From Octopus vulgaris (Eukaryota): a DNA stretch of 64,000 nucleotides. The stretch spans positions 5,332,001-5,396,000 of the forward strand of contig OX597822.1 of NCBI GenBank assembly GCA_951406725.2, read 5' to 3'. The notes beneath the pieces were generated by a model. The model was not told where the DNA came from. It did no database searches and saw only the letters and a program-made list of their open reading frames with translations. How positions within the stretch are numbered: the stretch's first letter is position 1; each line of letters opens with the position of its first letter. Positions 26,663 through 41,110 of the stretch are shown here, piece after piece. A program made the position numbers and the translations under genes.

Positions 26663-28090
26663 CTTGCAATGGCTTTCTATCAGTTTCCATCTAACAAATC
26701 TACTCACAGGGAGTCAGTAGGCTGAAGGTATGGTAGGGCAATTGCTCAAGGTGCCATGCAGTGGGACTGAACCCGGAACCATGTGGTTGAGAAGCAAGCT
26801 TCTTACTGCATAGCCATGCCTATATACATACACACACGCACACATACATACACACATAAATTAGAAGGCACATGCCAAGATGTTCTACAACATATCTGAA
26901 GCAGGAATTGCATGGTTGCAAAGTGAACATTTTAACCAGAAAGTCACGCAACTAAAATGTAGAAATCATTGTAAGAAGTAATGGCTGGGCATCTGAAGAT
27001 ATTAAACCAAGCTAAAGGATTAGAGTTCAACAAGAAGAATATTCCAATATAGTGAAACACAAGAACTAAAATGCTCTGTCATCTTCAGTTGACAAAGATG
27101 TCAAGCATGAGTGTTGGAAACAAGGAGGGTCATAAATAGCAACAGGAGCATCACAAGGCTTTTACTTACTGTTTTTATTTGTGTATAATGCATACATTTG
27201 TCCTCGATGATTAAGCATAATAGTCATTTCACATGAGAACCAACTAAGTGTTTGTGTGCGTGACCATGTTTCGAATGGCATAAAGTTATATTTATTGACT
27301 AAGTTAACTGATGTGCAATTAAGAATTTTGAATCATTATAATGATGTAATATTTTTCTCTGACAGTAATAATACACTTAATGTTCATTAGGTTTCATAAC
27401 TCTAAGATGCTCAGCAGCATTTTGTCTGTCTTTACATTCATTCTGAGTCCAAATTCCGCCAAGACCAACTTCTCTATTCATCCTTTCAGGGATGATGAAA
27501 TAAGTACCAGTCAAATACTGGGAGCATTGTAACTAACTTGAGACTCTCCTCTCAAAAACTGCTCATCTTGTGCCAAAATTAGAAGCCATTGCTTCATAAG
27601 CCTACCCATAAGATCATATTACTCAAAGTTGATTACTATTCTATTAACACATTGGAAAGTTCCAGAAGTAAATAGAAGCAACGAAATTATGAAGTGTATA
27701 TATAAAGTGCAGATACATAGCTGTGTTTATACACTGCTTCGTGTCTCAGTGTGTGCATATGTGCTGTTACACGAATATGTCAAGGTATGTAGCCAAGTGG
27801 TAAAGGTTTTGGACTCACAATTATAAGCTCATGGGTTCAATTTCTCAACCTGGTGACATGTTATGTTCTGGAGTAAAGTACATCATTTTATGTTGCTCCA
27901 GTTGTTAGTATTTATATAACAGTAGTTGCAGGTTTGGCCATGCAGTAAGAAGTTTGATTCCCAACAACAAGGTCCCAAGTTCAGTCCTGCTGTGTGGCAT
28001 CTTAGGCAAGTGTCTTTATTATAGTCCCAGTCCAACAAAGCCTTGGAAATAAATTAAGTACACCAAAATGAAGGCAAGCCCAGTGTGTGA

Positions 28091-28142
<52 letters not shown>

Positions 28143-28403
28143 GCGTTTGACATTGTGTGACATAAATGATTGCCAGTCATTCAAGCAATACCCTTCATTT
28201 CCAATATTCTGCAAAAACATGTCTGGACATGGGGAAATATTACTTTGCATGGAAACGGGTAAGTGTTTGTGGTAGGAAGGGTATCCAACTTCAGAAGATC
28301 TGCTTCAATTATATCTTTCCAACCCATGCTTGCATAGAAAAATGGGCATTAAAATGAAGATGAGGGTGATGATGATGATGAATCAAACCTATAGCTATAT
28401 GGA

Positions 28404-28439
<36 letters not shown>

Positions 28440-29128
28440 AGAAAAGAAGAGAAAGAAAGAAGACAGACAAGGAGAAAGTTTATAAGATCCAAAGATACAG
28501 AACTCAGGCTGAGAAAGAGACAGTGAGATAAGCAGACAAGTAGAGAGACTAACAGATACATTGCCTAAGAGGCATTTAAATAGACACATACCAAGAGAAG
28601 CACACGATTTACTGGTACACAGAGCACCAAAAAAAAAAAAACAGATGGACAGTGAGAGAGACATATAGATTGATACATTAATAGACAAATTGATAGATAA
28701 GAGTGGTTCCTTTTTAAGGTAATAATCAAGCATAAGCAGACTTATATAATTATTTATGAGTTTAATGTTTACCAACCTCGACACCAGGGTGATGACAAAA
28801 ATAAGAAAAATAAGAAAATTACAAATGAAGCAGACAATAGGCTACTAGGAATTTGAGAAAGATTAAAGTTATATTGAAAGCTGTACATTTAAGATTAGTG
28901 TCTCCTGCAAAGAAAGAGTAAATTAACAACTAAGCTTCTATAGTATTTCTGCTGTAGCCAGAGCATGAGTGTTAGGTTGACTAGAGAGAGAGACAGCATG
29001 AACGAAGAAACATTTGACTGTGTTAAGAGAGATTAATAACAACACCATACAAAAGACATAATAAAAAAAAACAATATTGGTTTATGACCATGGTAATGGT
29101 GATGATGTGGAGGCGTAATGGTGATGAT

Positions 29129-29440
29129 GTGGAGGCGCAATGCTCAGTGGTTAGGGTAGCGGACTCTCGGTTGGAGGATCGCGGTTTCGATTCCCAGACC
29201 GAGCGTTCTGTGTGTTTATTGAGCGAAAACACCTAAAAGCTCCACGAGGCTCCGGCAAGGGGTGGTGGCGACCCCTGTTGTACTCCTTCACCACAACTTT
29301 CTCTTCGTCTTTCTCTTCCTGTTTCTTGAGTAACGCTGCGATGCACTGGCATCCCGTCCAGCTGGGGGGAACACATACGCCACAGAAACCAGGAAACCGG
29401 GGCCCATGAGCCTGGCTAGGCTTGAAAAGGGTGTAAAAAA
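29129..29440 (+). mobile_element. SINE with family B head but a different 3' body
   Basis: Matches 15368 up to ...CACCACAACTTTCTC, then diverges to CCCGTCCAGCTGGGGGGAACAC...TTGAAAAGGG(A)n; flanked by AATGGTGATGATG. Confidence 0.85.
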
Positions 29441-29934
29441 AAATGGTGATGATGATGATGGTAGTGGTAGTAATGGTGTTGTTATTGCCGTTGTATATCC
29501 CAGACCAACCCTGGCTGAGCAGAATTATGGTCAAAGACATTATCCACATGCCTCTCTTTTCCTAAGATAGTATGGCATGGTTTCAAGGAACATGGCTGCT
29601 ATTTCTAGCAGGTTGAACTACTGCATAGATTTTACTTCATTGGTTCAGCAGTGATGATGGTGATGGTTGTAGAAGTGATGATGGTGATGGTTGTAGTGGT
29701 AGTGGTTGTCACAGTGATAGTCATAATGACACTGGTATCATTGGTGGTGTTGGTAGAGCTGGTGATGATAATGGTGGAATTAGTGGCAATGATGCTGTTT
29801 GGTGTGGGTTGTGAAGTGATGTTTGTTATGATGATGTTATGATGGTGACGAGGCAAGAAGAGTGGAAATAGTTAACAAAAAAAAAAACTTAGAAAAAAAG
29901 AAAACAAAACACAAGAGAAATGAAAATCAACAAC

Positions 29935-30350
29935 CAGGAGTGGCTGTTTGGTAAGTAGCTTGCTAACCAACCACATGGTTCCGGGTTCAGTCCCACTGCG
30001 TGGCATCTTGGGCAAGTGTCTTCTGCTATAGCCCCGGGCCGACCAATGCCTTGTAAGTGGATTTGGTAGACGGAAACTGAAAGAAGCCTGTCGTATATAT
30101 GTATATATATATAAGTGTGTGTGAATATGTTTGTGTGTCTGTGTTTGTTCCCCTAGCATTGCTTGACAACCGATGCTGGTGTGTTTACGTCCCCGTCACT
30201 TAGCGGTTCGGCAAAAGAGACCGATAGAATAAGTACTGGGCTTACAAAGAATAAGTCCCGGGGTCGATTTGCTCGACTAAAGGCGGTGCTCCAGCATGGC
30301 CGCAGTCAAATGACTGAAACAAGTAAAAAGAAAAAAAGAGAAAAAGAGTA
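29935..30350 (+). mobile_element. SINE family A
   Basis: Near-identical to 20791-21445 without the insert. Confidence 0.92.
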
Positions 30351-30670
30351 ACCTAAACAAGCAAACACTAACAATCGCACAGAGAGGGACAGACAGACAG
30401 ATGGATGAACACAAACACATATGATGCACGCATACGCACACAATCTGAAAAGTTTCAACAACAATAAAATAAACCAGCACCAGGTGAAAGAATGTTTCAT
30501 AGAAGCAATAGAAGAATGACTATCAGAAGACTTATGCAATATCTGATCAAGGTGATAGAATATGTACGCTAGGTAGAGCTATGAAATATCTTGCTTTGAC
30601 TTCTAGCATGGCTTGTTTCTTTTATCATCGGTCATTTCTAAGCAATAATTTACATAAATCTCCATCACTG

Positions 30671-30701
<31 letters not shown>

Positions 30702-33049
30702 GCATTAGATGTGTACATTTTATTATTGAATGACTTATGTCAACTTCTATAGGTGTTAGGAGAAACGTATTGTACAAGTTTTTCTTTCCAATCTTTATTC
30801 AACTATTTCCCCAGCTTCCCATGTTTCTCAATAATTCAATTTGAAATGGTGGCACTAGAGAAAACATTGAGCTGCCAACAACTTTCACTTCCAGCACTCA
30901 TTGTTTTAACACATGTGCTCTGGTTTTCTCTTTCTCTCTCTCTCTTTATCTTTCTATCTATCTATATTTCTATCTCTCTCTTGTTTTACAAAACATACAT
31001 TCTCTCGTCCTTCTGTCTTTTCCACTGTAAGGAAAGCGAGTAGTATATCTTAAGTATTTGGATCCAGTGCTCCTCTCCACCACCAATCTGATTAATGCAG
31101 AACCATTTCTTGTTCCTCACTTACCAAACCTACATCACAAAGCAAAAATGTCTCACAGTTCAAGCACAAAGTAAAACCATCAACTTTTATGTTGCATTTT
31201 ATGAATTTTCCAGTCAACGCGTATGTATGTACACATGTGTTTCTGTAAGTGCCTGTGTGTTTGTGTGGTTAACACACACATATATCCAAATATATCCAAA
31301 TGTATACACACACACACATATATATATATGCACAAGTTATCTTTCAAAGATATCTTTAGTAATTTTATTTTTACGATTCAAAGGGGATTTTTTTTTTTTT
31401 TGATGTTGGAAAAAAAAATCATATTCTGCTTTGTTCTTCTTTGAATAAAGTTATTCAGATATTAAAAAAAAAGTTATTGATTATGATCAAACAAATATGT
31501 AGGCAAAAATCTACAAATGAATTCTAAAAAAAATAAATAAAACAGTTAATATGTTAAAACAAATTCTGATTCCAATGAAGAGTAAGAGAAAGCAAGTGGA
31601 ATACAGGAAAATTTAAAACAGTAAAGGGGAAAAAATATTCTAACAAAATATTAAATTATAAATTGAAATGTCTAAAAATTAATATTGTCTTTAATTGAAA
31701 ATTATATCTCTTGACTTGTAATTTTTATATGATATATATTATTAAATGTAAATTAGTCTGCCGTATAGGGCCTGTGCCTCCTTCATTAGATGCAGTCAAG
31801 TTTTGGTAGGAATTATTGGATGCTAGTATTTGGAAGAAAGACATGAACAGGAAGGAAGATCCAGTGGGATATAAGATCTGGGGAATACAATTGATGATGT
31901 GTGTTCTGGATAAGGCTTGACTAGTGGCAGATACATCAGGTGGGTTTTAGATATAGAAGAACAAGGAAAATTTAATTTGTCTATTAGGGTGGGGGCGGTG
32001 CAGGTTTTGGTAGTGGCAGCAGGTAAAGATAATGTAAAGTTATGTTCTCAAATCATGCTGACTCACAAGAGCTGGTTTCCCAGTTTCATGGCTTTTAGAT
32101 TCCCCAGTCTGTTGCAGGATTATTCATTTTTGCCAGCTGAGTGGACTGGAACAATGTGAAATGAAGTGCTCTGCTCATGAACATGATGCATTGCCTGGTC
32201 CAGGAAACAAAACCACAATGAGTCATGCACCCTAACCACTAAGCCACGTACCTCCACTAGTGGCAGAAGCATTAGAAACAAGGGAAAGATACAGCTCAAT
32301 AGTATACCAGTTATTGTAAAAGAATTTTTTATTAAAGGTTTGCTATTATAGAGGGCAGCCTTGGGGCCAACTTCACCTTTTATCTCTTTAGGGTTTGATT
32401 AAATAAGTACTAGTTGAACATTGGGGTTGATGTAAATCAACTTAACCCCACTACTTTAAGTTTTCCTTAAAAGTAGAAAGGATTACCATTTTGTTTGTTT
32501 TTAGGAATGAAGAAGAGGGAGTAATAAGTTTTAATTCTATCTAAAAAGAAGAAGAAAAATGTTCTTATTCCATATTGCCTCCGTCATGTAAAAAAAATGT
32601 TTAAATCATTAAGCTGGTGTTCAAGAGAATAAGCCATTTTTGACCAAGTAGGCTAAGACAAAAGAACAGATAAATGAAACACTTAAGCAATACTTGCTAA
32701 CATCAGCTTTGTTATGAATCTAATAATGGAATTATTATTTTAGCTGTAGTCATTCTCAATAGAATCCCATTGGTTCTATCAAGCATTGCTGACTATTTTG
32801 AAAAACAAAAATTTCATATGATTTCAAGCAGACAATAGCTGAGGGTCGTTGACAACCAGACTAAGTACCAGTAGTAGATGTCTAGTCCTTGGTATTGCAC
32901 TGTGTTTGTGGCCAACATACTGCACTCTCAAGTGGCCTTGTCTACATGCTTAAAGTTAGGTCGATATTGTAAAGCAATCAAAAGATTGTTGATTGTTTAG
33001 CAGTGTCAAGTTCAGTTCTTCGTATAGAAAAAAGAATCTGTTTGTGATA

Positions 33050-33372
33050 AATCATCATCATCATCATCTAATGACTGTCTTCCATGCTCATATGAGTTGG
33101 ATGGCTGGACAGGAACTGGCAAGGCCTGGGGCCACATCAGGTTCCATAATCTGTTTTGGCTTGGTTTCTGCAGTTGGATGCCCTTCCTAACACCAACCAC
33201 TTTACAGAGTATATTGGGTGCTTTTACATAACACCATTGCCAGGGCTTTTTACATGACCCCCAGCACCAGTGTTTTTTTTTTATGTGGCACCAGCACCAG
33301 TGCTTTTTACATGGCACCAGCGCCCACATCCTATGCAGATAAAGGTTTACTTCATCTGTCTTAATGGTACAG
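33050..33372 (-). mobile_element. Family C retroposon (diverged)
   Basis: (CAT)n then TGGATGCCCTTCCTAACACCAACCAC and GGCACCAGCACC units; further copies at ~34730-34990, 37440-37600, 37830-38027 and 55365-55590. Confidence 0.75.
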
Positions 33373-35820
33373 AAACTAGAGATAAGTACTGGACCATGCA
33401 GACCAGAAGGATTCATAAAACAAGTAGTTTTAGAGAGCAACCTGTAGGGAGAGTTAAGCTGATGCAAGTTCATTAACATTAATTTGCTTCATTTTTACGT
33501 CCATGTTTTCCATGGTAGCATGGATTAGATGACTATATTATTGAGATATTAGTTTATAGCTGAATGCCATTCATATTACTGACCCTTACCTCTTTTTCAA
33601 GTAAGGGATTACTTATACCACATGTCTTCAGGGGTGCAAAGGCAGCAGAAGACTTGTTGACAAGAGAACTGGTGTGGGTAGTTCAGGGATTTTCGGAGAA
33701 ACATAAATGTGAACAAACACATATATGCATGCATGAGCACACACACACTTTTTTCTCTCTCTTTCTCTCTCTCACACACTGTATTTCTCTCTCTCTCTCT
33801 CTCTCTCTCATACACACTATATTTCTCTCTCCTCCTCCTCTCTCTCTCACACACACAAAGATGTATAGAAAATAAGATTTCAGTTTCTGTCTACCAAATC
33901 CACTCACAAGGTTTGGGAATAAAAAATATTAAAGATGTAAAGAGACTGTTGTCACCAGCCAAGCATTCCTTGTTACCCCTTGTGTTAGGTTCAAACTGGC
34001 CAGATTCAGCTTCTTACACTTACCCTACAATGCCATTCTAGAAATATACAATTACATCATCCTAAATCTTGAAGCTATGAGATAATGCACGATTAATTCA
34101 AAGCAATGTTTATAAACAAGCATTATATTTGGCAGAGTTATTTGAATGCTAAAAGGTTAAACAAACAGGGGAAAAGCAATGACATAGTTACATCTCAACA
34201 AACTGGGTATGGATAATAGTTTAATCCCAATCTGAAGTCATTTGACTTCATGAAAAGCACAAACATAATTTCCTTTAACCATTTAGAATTTAAACAAACC
34301 TTATCCAGCCCAAATATTCAATGTTTTGTGTTCAAACCAGCTAGATCTGGCTTCTTACACCTACCCAAAAATATCATTCTAAAAATAAATAATTATATTA
34401 TTAAAATCTTGAAATTATGAGATAATGCATAATTAATTCAAATCAATGTGAACAAATAAGCTTTACATTTAAGAGTAATGCTAAAAGGCTAATTTAGAAA
34501 CTTCATGAGAGAACTTCAAGTAAAATACAATTATGCAACAAAAATGAAAATAGGTGACCATAACAAAAAAAACTACACACACATACACACACACCTAAAA
34601 GAAGGCCGTTTGATTGTGTTGCAAAGATTCACTCTCTACTTCACTACAACAAATGGATTACAGACGAGAAGGTTTATTTCTTTATTTTTTTGTTGTTCTA
34701 CTACTGCTGCAGCAACGGTGCTTGCTCCTCTTCATCATTATCATCATCACAACACTTGACTCCTGTTTTCCATGCTGGAAGGCTTGACAGGAATTGGTAA
34801 GGCCAGAGGCCATACCACATTGCATAGTCTGTTTCGGCTTGGTTTCTACCATTCTTCACACCAACCACTCCAGAGTGCACTGGGTGCTTTTTACATGGCA
34901 CAAGCACCCACACCAGTGCTTTTTACAGGGCACCTTGATTTTAGAATCTCACTTTGGTTGTGGTGGACAGGTCTTCTTGAGTACAGCAATATGTCACATC
35001 TCTCCTCTTATTTAGCAAACTGCATTTAACATTCACCTCATTCCACCTGAGACACCCATCTCTGACTATGTCCCATGCCTAATCATTCCTTTCTAAAATT
35101 ATAGTTTTTTTTGTTTTTTTTTTACCAACTCACACTTTTCCAACAGAAGAAACCAGAACTGAATATTGACATTAATTGATTTCACCCAGTCTAGGAGGGC
35201 CTACAAAAGTCATGAATACTGTTTCTTCACCTCGGATGAATTAGCAGAAAAGCTATTACTATTACTACTGTGACAACAACGTATTAAAATTATTTGGTCA
35301 TATTCAAGTCTGGAGCTGCAGGCAACATTTACAATGTTTCCTGCAGATCTTGTTGCCATGGAATTCTCCTTTACAAAGCTGACAACACTCACCAGTATCT
35401 ACTTTGAATAATAATGTCTTCTTAACTTATGTAATTTAACTCTTCCAAATTTAGATAAGAGTCAAGATATAGCTGTACCTATAGTAACACCAGAAGAGGT
35501 AGTACCATTAACAGTGGTTATAAACATTTCCAAAGGACATGAATTTGTAGTCAATTGAACACATCGTATAAATAACTGGGATGGTGGTGACAATGCACAC
35601 ACACAGACACATGTGTGTGTGTGCGTGCATGTGTAATAATATTAACTGAAGGAAATGGAAAATTGATTTGGTACTAGTCTTTATTCAATACAACGATCAT
35701 TTCAAGCCCTTCTACCAAACTGAACGTGCATTACTCAACACACTAATTGACATATACCCATTAGTCTACAAAATTAAATGTGTGTGTGTGTATATATATA
35801 TACATATATATATATATATA

Positions 35821-36265
35821 ATAATAAATATTAGGGAATAAATCCAAACTTACAGGGAAAAATCAGATTTAGGATTGAATCCAATTTTATAGTAAAATAT
35901 TATATTATATTAAATTAGAGACAAAACCACTATTAGGCAAATCAAACAATGAAAGACTTAAGCCAATACATAAATTAATTTATATTATTTAAATATGTAA
36001 CAATTATTAAAAAATATAATTAATATCCACTACGATCATTTCCTGTCTGCTGTCATCAAATTTTTGAGTTGCAGTCATTCATCAAGTGGTTTCAAAATCT
36101 TTCTTGGCAAGTTTTAAACAATAGGAAACGATCGTAGTGGATATTAATTATATTTTTTAATAATTGTTACATATTTAAATAATATAAATTAATTTATGTA
36201 TTGGCTTAAGTCTTTCATTGTTTGATTTGCCTAATAGTGGTTTTGTCTCTAATTTAATATAATAT
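35821..36265. mobile_element. Fold-back element in (TA)n carrying a hammerhead-like motif (copy 1)
   Basis: Inverted arms 35908-36044 and 36123-36259 (~137 bp, one mismatch seen); leader nearly identical to 48987-49068. Confidence 0.85.
36026..36090 (-). ncRNA. Type I hammerhead ribozyme motif, degenerate core
   Basis: Minus strand ACCAC-TTGATGA-ATGACTGC...GCAGACAG-GAAA-TGATCG-TA-GTGGA; C3 reads U and stem II is extended. Confidence 0.6.
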
Positions 36266-36294
36266 TATATATATATATATACACACACGCACGT

Positions 36295-36330
<36 letters not shown>

Positions 36331-39235
36331 GATTTCTTTCAGTTTTTATCTGCCAAATTCACTCAGACTTTAGTTGGCCCAAAGCTATAGCAGAAGATAT
36401 CTGCCCAAAGTGTCGCAGTCTGGGACTGAACCTGTATTTTTTCTAGCAGGTGAAATAATTATACAAAGATTCTTTCACTGGTTGAACTATACAAAGCTGA
36501 TTCCATGGAAGGTTTTGTATTGTCCATGTATCTACTGAGAGCATGTATGTGTGTATTTCATATTGATCATGACACATATAGCAAGTAGACCACTTGGTGT
36601 GAAATACATCATCAGACACGAGTCAATGAGGAAACCTCTATGCAGCCACTTATGTTGCAAGTAATAACAGCTAAATCCCTCTCAAAACAAATAAAATATG
36701 ACATATTATCCTAACTCAGATGTCCTAAAACTTTTATCTTCTTTATTTTGCAGCACATTTAATAATGTGACCAACATAAGACAGCATCCCATTTCTATCC
36801 TAACCCTTCCTATCCACACCCAGCTCCATTGCATCCTTTTTGTGTAGCAGTCATATAAATATAGAAGCTGGACTAAGAAAGGTAAAGAGAGATATATTAC
36901 AACAAAATACATTACATAACAAATGTTCAAACATATATATGCCTTTAGCACTTATATGCCTTTAGCATTTAGATTACTCAATGAAATGTGATTTTATTTT
37001 TTATTCACAATATTTTTGAATTTATCATGCATTATCTTTTGGTTTCAAGATGAGAATTTATTTATTTCTGAGTGACAAAGTAGGCCAGTTTAAACATAAA
37101 ACAGGTAGAACATCTGGGCCAAATATGGCCTTAAATGATGGAGGATTAAAAACACAAAGACAAAAAGTGATAAAAAGAGCATCAATGATGCTGATAGAGG
37201 GAAACTTGTTCCTGATGTTTTTGACAAATTTCAGCAATCTGACACTGGATACTTGACAAACACAACTGCATATCATTCTTCACTTTGCTAGATACAAATT
37301 TTGTATTCTTTTCATTTGTATGTCTTTTATTGAGATTTTTATATCTTTTTAGATGTTTTTTTATATCGTCAATTAAGCTTTATTAAAGCTGTGAACCTGT
37401 ACTCAAAAAGCTAAGTATTTGTGGACTGGAGCTTTACAGGGTATACTGTGTGCTTTTACATAGCACCATTACCAATGCTTTTATGTGGCACCGGCACCAG
37501 TACTTTTTATATAGCACCAGCAACGGTGCTTTTTGCATGGCACCAACACCAAAATCCTATACAGATAAAGATTTATTTTATCTATACTAATGGTACAGAC
37601 TTTTCATAAACATGGTTATTTACTTTTAATGAAGATCCAAAAGCTGTCAAAGGAAACTTCTTTAACCATTTTGATACCAACCCATCTGAGATCACTCCTG
37701 TTTCTATGATACAAACTTCCTGTTTAAAACCTTTCATTAACATTTCTTTTTAATTTGTTCCAAACACAGACTGAGTCATGACAAAATTATTTTACTAAAT
37801 TTTTCATTATTTTCAAAATTAAATGAAGTCATGGCTGATGTTGGGGTCATGTAAAAAGCATCTATTATGGAGTGGTTGGCATTAGGAAGGGCATCCAGCT
37901 GTAGAAACATTGCCAAATCAGATTGGAACCTGGTGCAGCTCCCCAGCTTACCAGTTTTCAGTCAAACCGTCCAACTCATGCCAGCATGGAAAGCAGACAT
38001 TAGATGATGATGATGATGATGATGATGAATTGAAACAATATTAGTGTTCTGAAATAACCAAAATACTTTCCCAAGAAATGAAAGTTTGTACTAACAAAAT
38101 GATACTGGGATTTGTTTGGTACCATTCCCTTGTTGCTCAATTTCTTTCGATAAAGGGAATGTTCAGAGGAGGGTATGTGGATTTGTCCATAGCAAGTGAA
38201 ACTAAGTGATAGAAAACTTTGCACTTTGTAAGCTCTTGTAACTTTTGGGCCTGGTAAACAAACCATCACTTTCATCCACTAAAAGATACAAGAATCATTT
38301 TCTGATGTATAGTAGCTATCTATTTCAACACTTTCACTGTCCAGACAGTCATCATCTGTGAATAACCATTTCTACTTTAAAACAAATCTACTTCTATTGA
38401 ACTTCAATTTGCGACACAACAAACACTCCAGCAAAATACTGAATTGACTGCTTACAAACACAACTGAATTACACAGACATCGCACTCACTTCAAGAGAGA
38501 TATCTTTTACTCTTTGAATTCCTTCAATCAAGAATTAGAATAAATATTTAACATTTCAAATGAAAAGAATGTACGACATCGATTTCAGTTTACTTTTACT
38601 TTCACTTTAGGTAGAGTGTTTCTTTTCACTGATAATGCAAAAAGTATTCATGACACCACTAGTCAGTCTTGGTGGAATCCAAAGGTGCCACAGTATCTTG
38701 ATTAAGAACCTCTGCCCAAGACAGACTGTGTTTACAACAAGGATGCCACAAGGACTAATCAGTCACAGTGGCACCCAATGATTCCACAATATCTACGGTT
38801 AAGATGGTTAAGAAATTCTGATTTAGATAGACTATGTCTATACTAAAGATGATGACAACTGGAATGCTTTTGATATTAGGTCTATTTGATCAGAGCTAAA
38901 CACTATTAATGATATCAGTGAGTTCTGAAAATACAGTCAGTAGATTTATGGTTAAAGCTTCAAACTGCTAACTAAATGATGAATGTTTCAAATTCCATAA
39001 CCAGCATTAACTTTTGCTACATGGAACAGGAGCTTTACATTGCTGTATAGAGTGAGAACACTATCAATAAACATTGCTTTGCTGGTTAACAATGCTGAAT
39101 TTGCATTTTCATAAAATATGTAACATAGGCATGGCTCTCTAGATGCAAAGTTCACATTGTAACTATATGGTTTAAGGTTTTATCTCACTGCGTGGCAACT
39201 GGGCCAGTGTCTCCAAATAAAGTCAATGACATATC

Positions 39236-39440
39236 AGTTAGTTAGTTAGTTAGTTAATTAGTTAATTTTGGCTCAAAAGCAAATAGCAAGGCCATGTAGG
39301 GGGACATGGAGTTAAGTACAGGGTGGTGTTCATGTAAAGAGTTCAGGCGACTTGAGGTCAAGGGAGACTTTGAACAAAGCGGTCGTCGGCATCTTCACCA
39401 TCTCGTCTGGCAGCTTGTTCCACGGATCCGCAACCCGGAC
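39236..39440 (-). mobile_element. 5'-truncated copy of the CR1-type LINE
   Basis: Nearly identical to 16282-16478 including the tail; 12-bp TSD GACATATCAGTT at 39228-39239 and 39438-39449; inserted in an old family A SINE. Confidence 0.93.
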
Positions 39441-39629
39441 ATATCAGTTGAATTGTAGAATCGGTTAATGGAAATTGTATGGAAGCCCATCATATGAGTA
39501 TGTGTGTTTGTCTCTGTACTAGTAAACAAGAATGTTGACCTCTTATATCTTGTCACCACCTGAATAAATCAGAGATGCAATGTTTACAATATGTCCACTT
39601 GCTTTGTACTTTCAAAAATAAATGAAATA

Positions 39630-39794
39630 GGCGCAGAAGTGGCTGTGTGGTAAGTGGCTTGTTTACCAACCACATGGTTCTGGGTTCAGTCCCACTGCAT
39701 GGCACCTTGGGCAAGTGTTTTCTACTATAGCCTCGGGCCGATCAAAGCCTTGTTAGTGGATTTGGTAGATGGAAACTGAAAGAAGCCTGTCGTA

Positions 39795-39846
<52 letters not shown>

Positions 39847-40055
39847 TGTGTGTGTTTGTCCCCCTAGCATTGCTTGACAACCAACGCTGGTGTGTTTATG
39901 TCCCCGTTACTTAGCGGTTTGGCAAAAGAGACCAATAGAATAAGTACTGGGCTTACAAAAAAGAATAAGTCCCAGGGTCGAGTTGCTCGATTAAAGGTGG
40001 TGCTCCAGCATGGCCGCAGTCAAATGACTGAAACAAGTAAAAGAGTAAAAGAGTA
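39630..40055 (+). mobile_element. SINE family A
   Basis: Full head, internal (TA)n/(TG)n and (GTAAAAGA)n tail. Confidence 0.92.
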
Positions 40056-40711
40056 TATATAAAAACAAAATTCCTTTACTTGAAAAAGTAAGGGATGCAA
40101 GAGGAAGAACATTCAGCTAGAAAATGCTACCTCAAATAAGTTTATGTCCAACTTGTGCAAGTATCAAAAAATAAAACAGACATAAAACAAACAAATGGTG
40201 AAGTCAAATAAATTTTTTCCCAATTTTCGTCCATAAAAACAAACCCCTCAAATACGTTGGTTCTGTGTGCCTTTATTGCGATATTCTATCAGTGTATTAA
40301 AAATGAGTGATAATCTATCAAATATTTAAGCCCATCACACTAACGCAATTGCCACAAATTGGATACATTATTGGATACATTCAATGCAATCACTGAATAA
40401 TATATCTAACTAGTGGCAATCGTTTTATGATTTTTAATTTCATTCTGACAGTTCTATGTTTAAATCTCACAAAGTTCAATAAAAAAAAAGAAAAGTTCCA
40501 CTATTTATCCTGATAATTCAATCAGCTAAATTTCTTTCCTTACAGCAAATACTGACCAGATACATTAGCAATAAAATATTTTTATGTTAGAGTATTACAC
40601 CACAATGAGTCTACTGCTTTTGCTTAAACAGAATTGGGAAACGTCTATCTTTTCAATATGGCAGGTATAAAATTAATGCATTTAATGCAGTTAAGTTAAT
40701 AGATATACACA

Positions 40712-40823
40712 GTGTGTGTGCATGTGCGTGTGTGTGTGTATTTGTTAAGCATAGATTGTGTGTGTGTGTGTGTATTTGTTAAGAATAGATTGTGTGTGTG
40801 TGTGTGTGTATTTGTTAAGCATA

Positions 40824-40857
<34 letters not shown>

Positions 40858-41049
40858 TTGTTAAGCATAGATTGTGTGTGTGTGTGTATTTGTTAAGCAT
40901 AGATTGTGTGTGTGTGTGTGTGTATTTGTTAAGCATAGATTGTGTGTGTGTGTATTTGTTAAGCATAGATTGTGTGTGTGTGTGTGTGTGTGTGTGTATT
41001 TGTTAAGCATAGATTGTGTGTGTGTGTGTGTGTGTATTTGTTAAGCATA

Positions 41050-41110
<61 letters not shown>

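Noticed and set aside
35210-35600. Protein-like reading frame on either strand
   Set aside because: Multiple in-frame stops and no family motif recognised.
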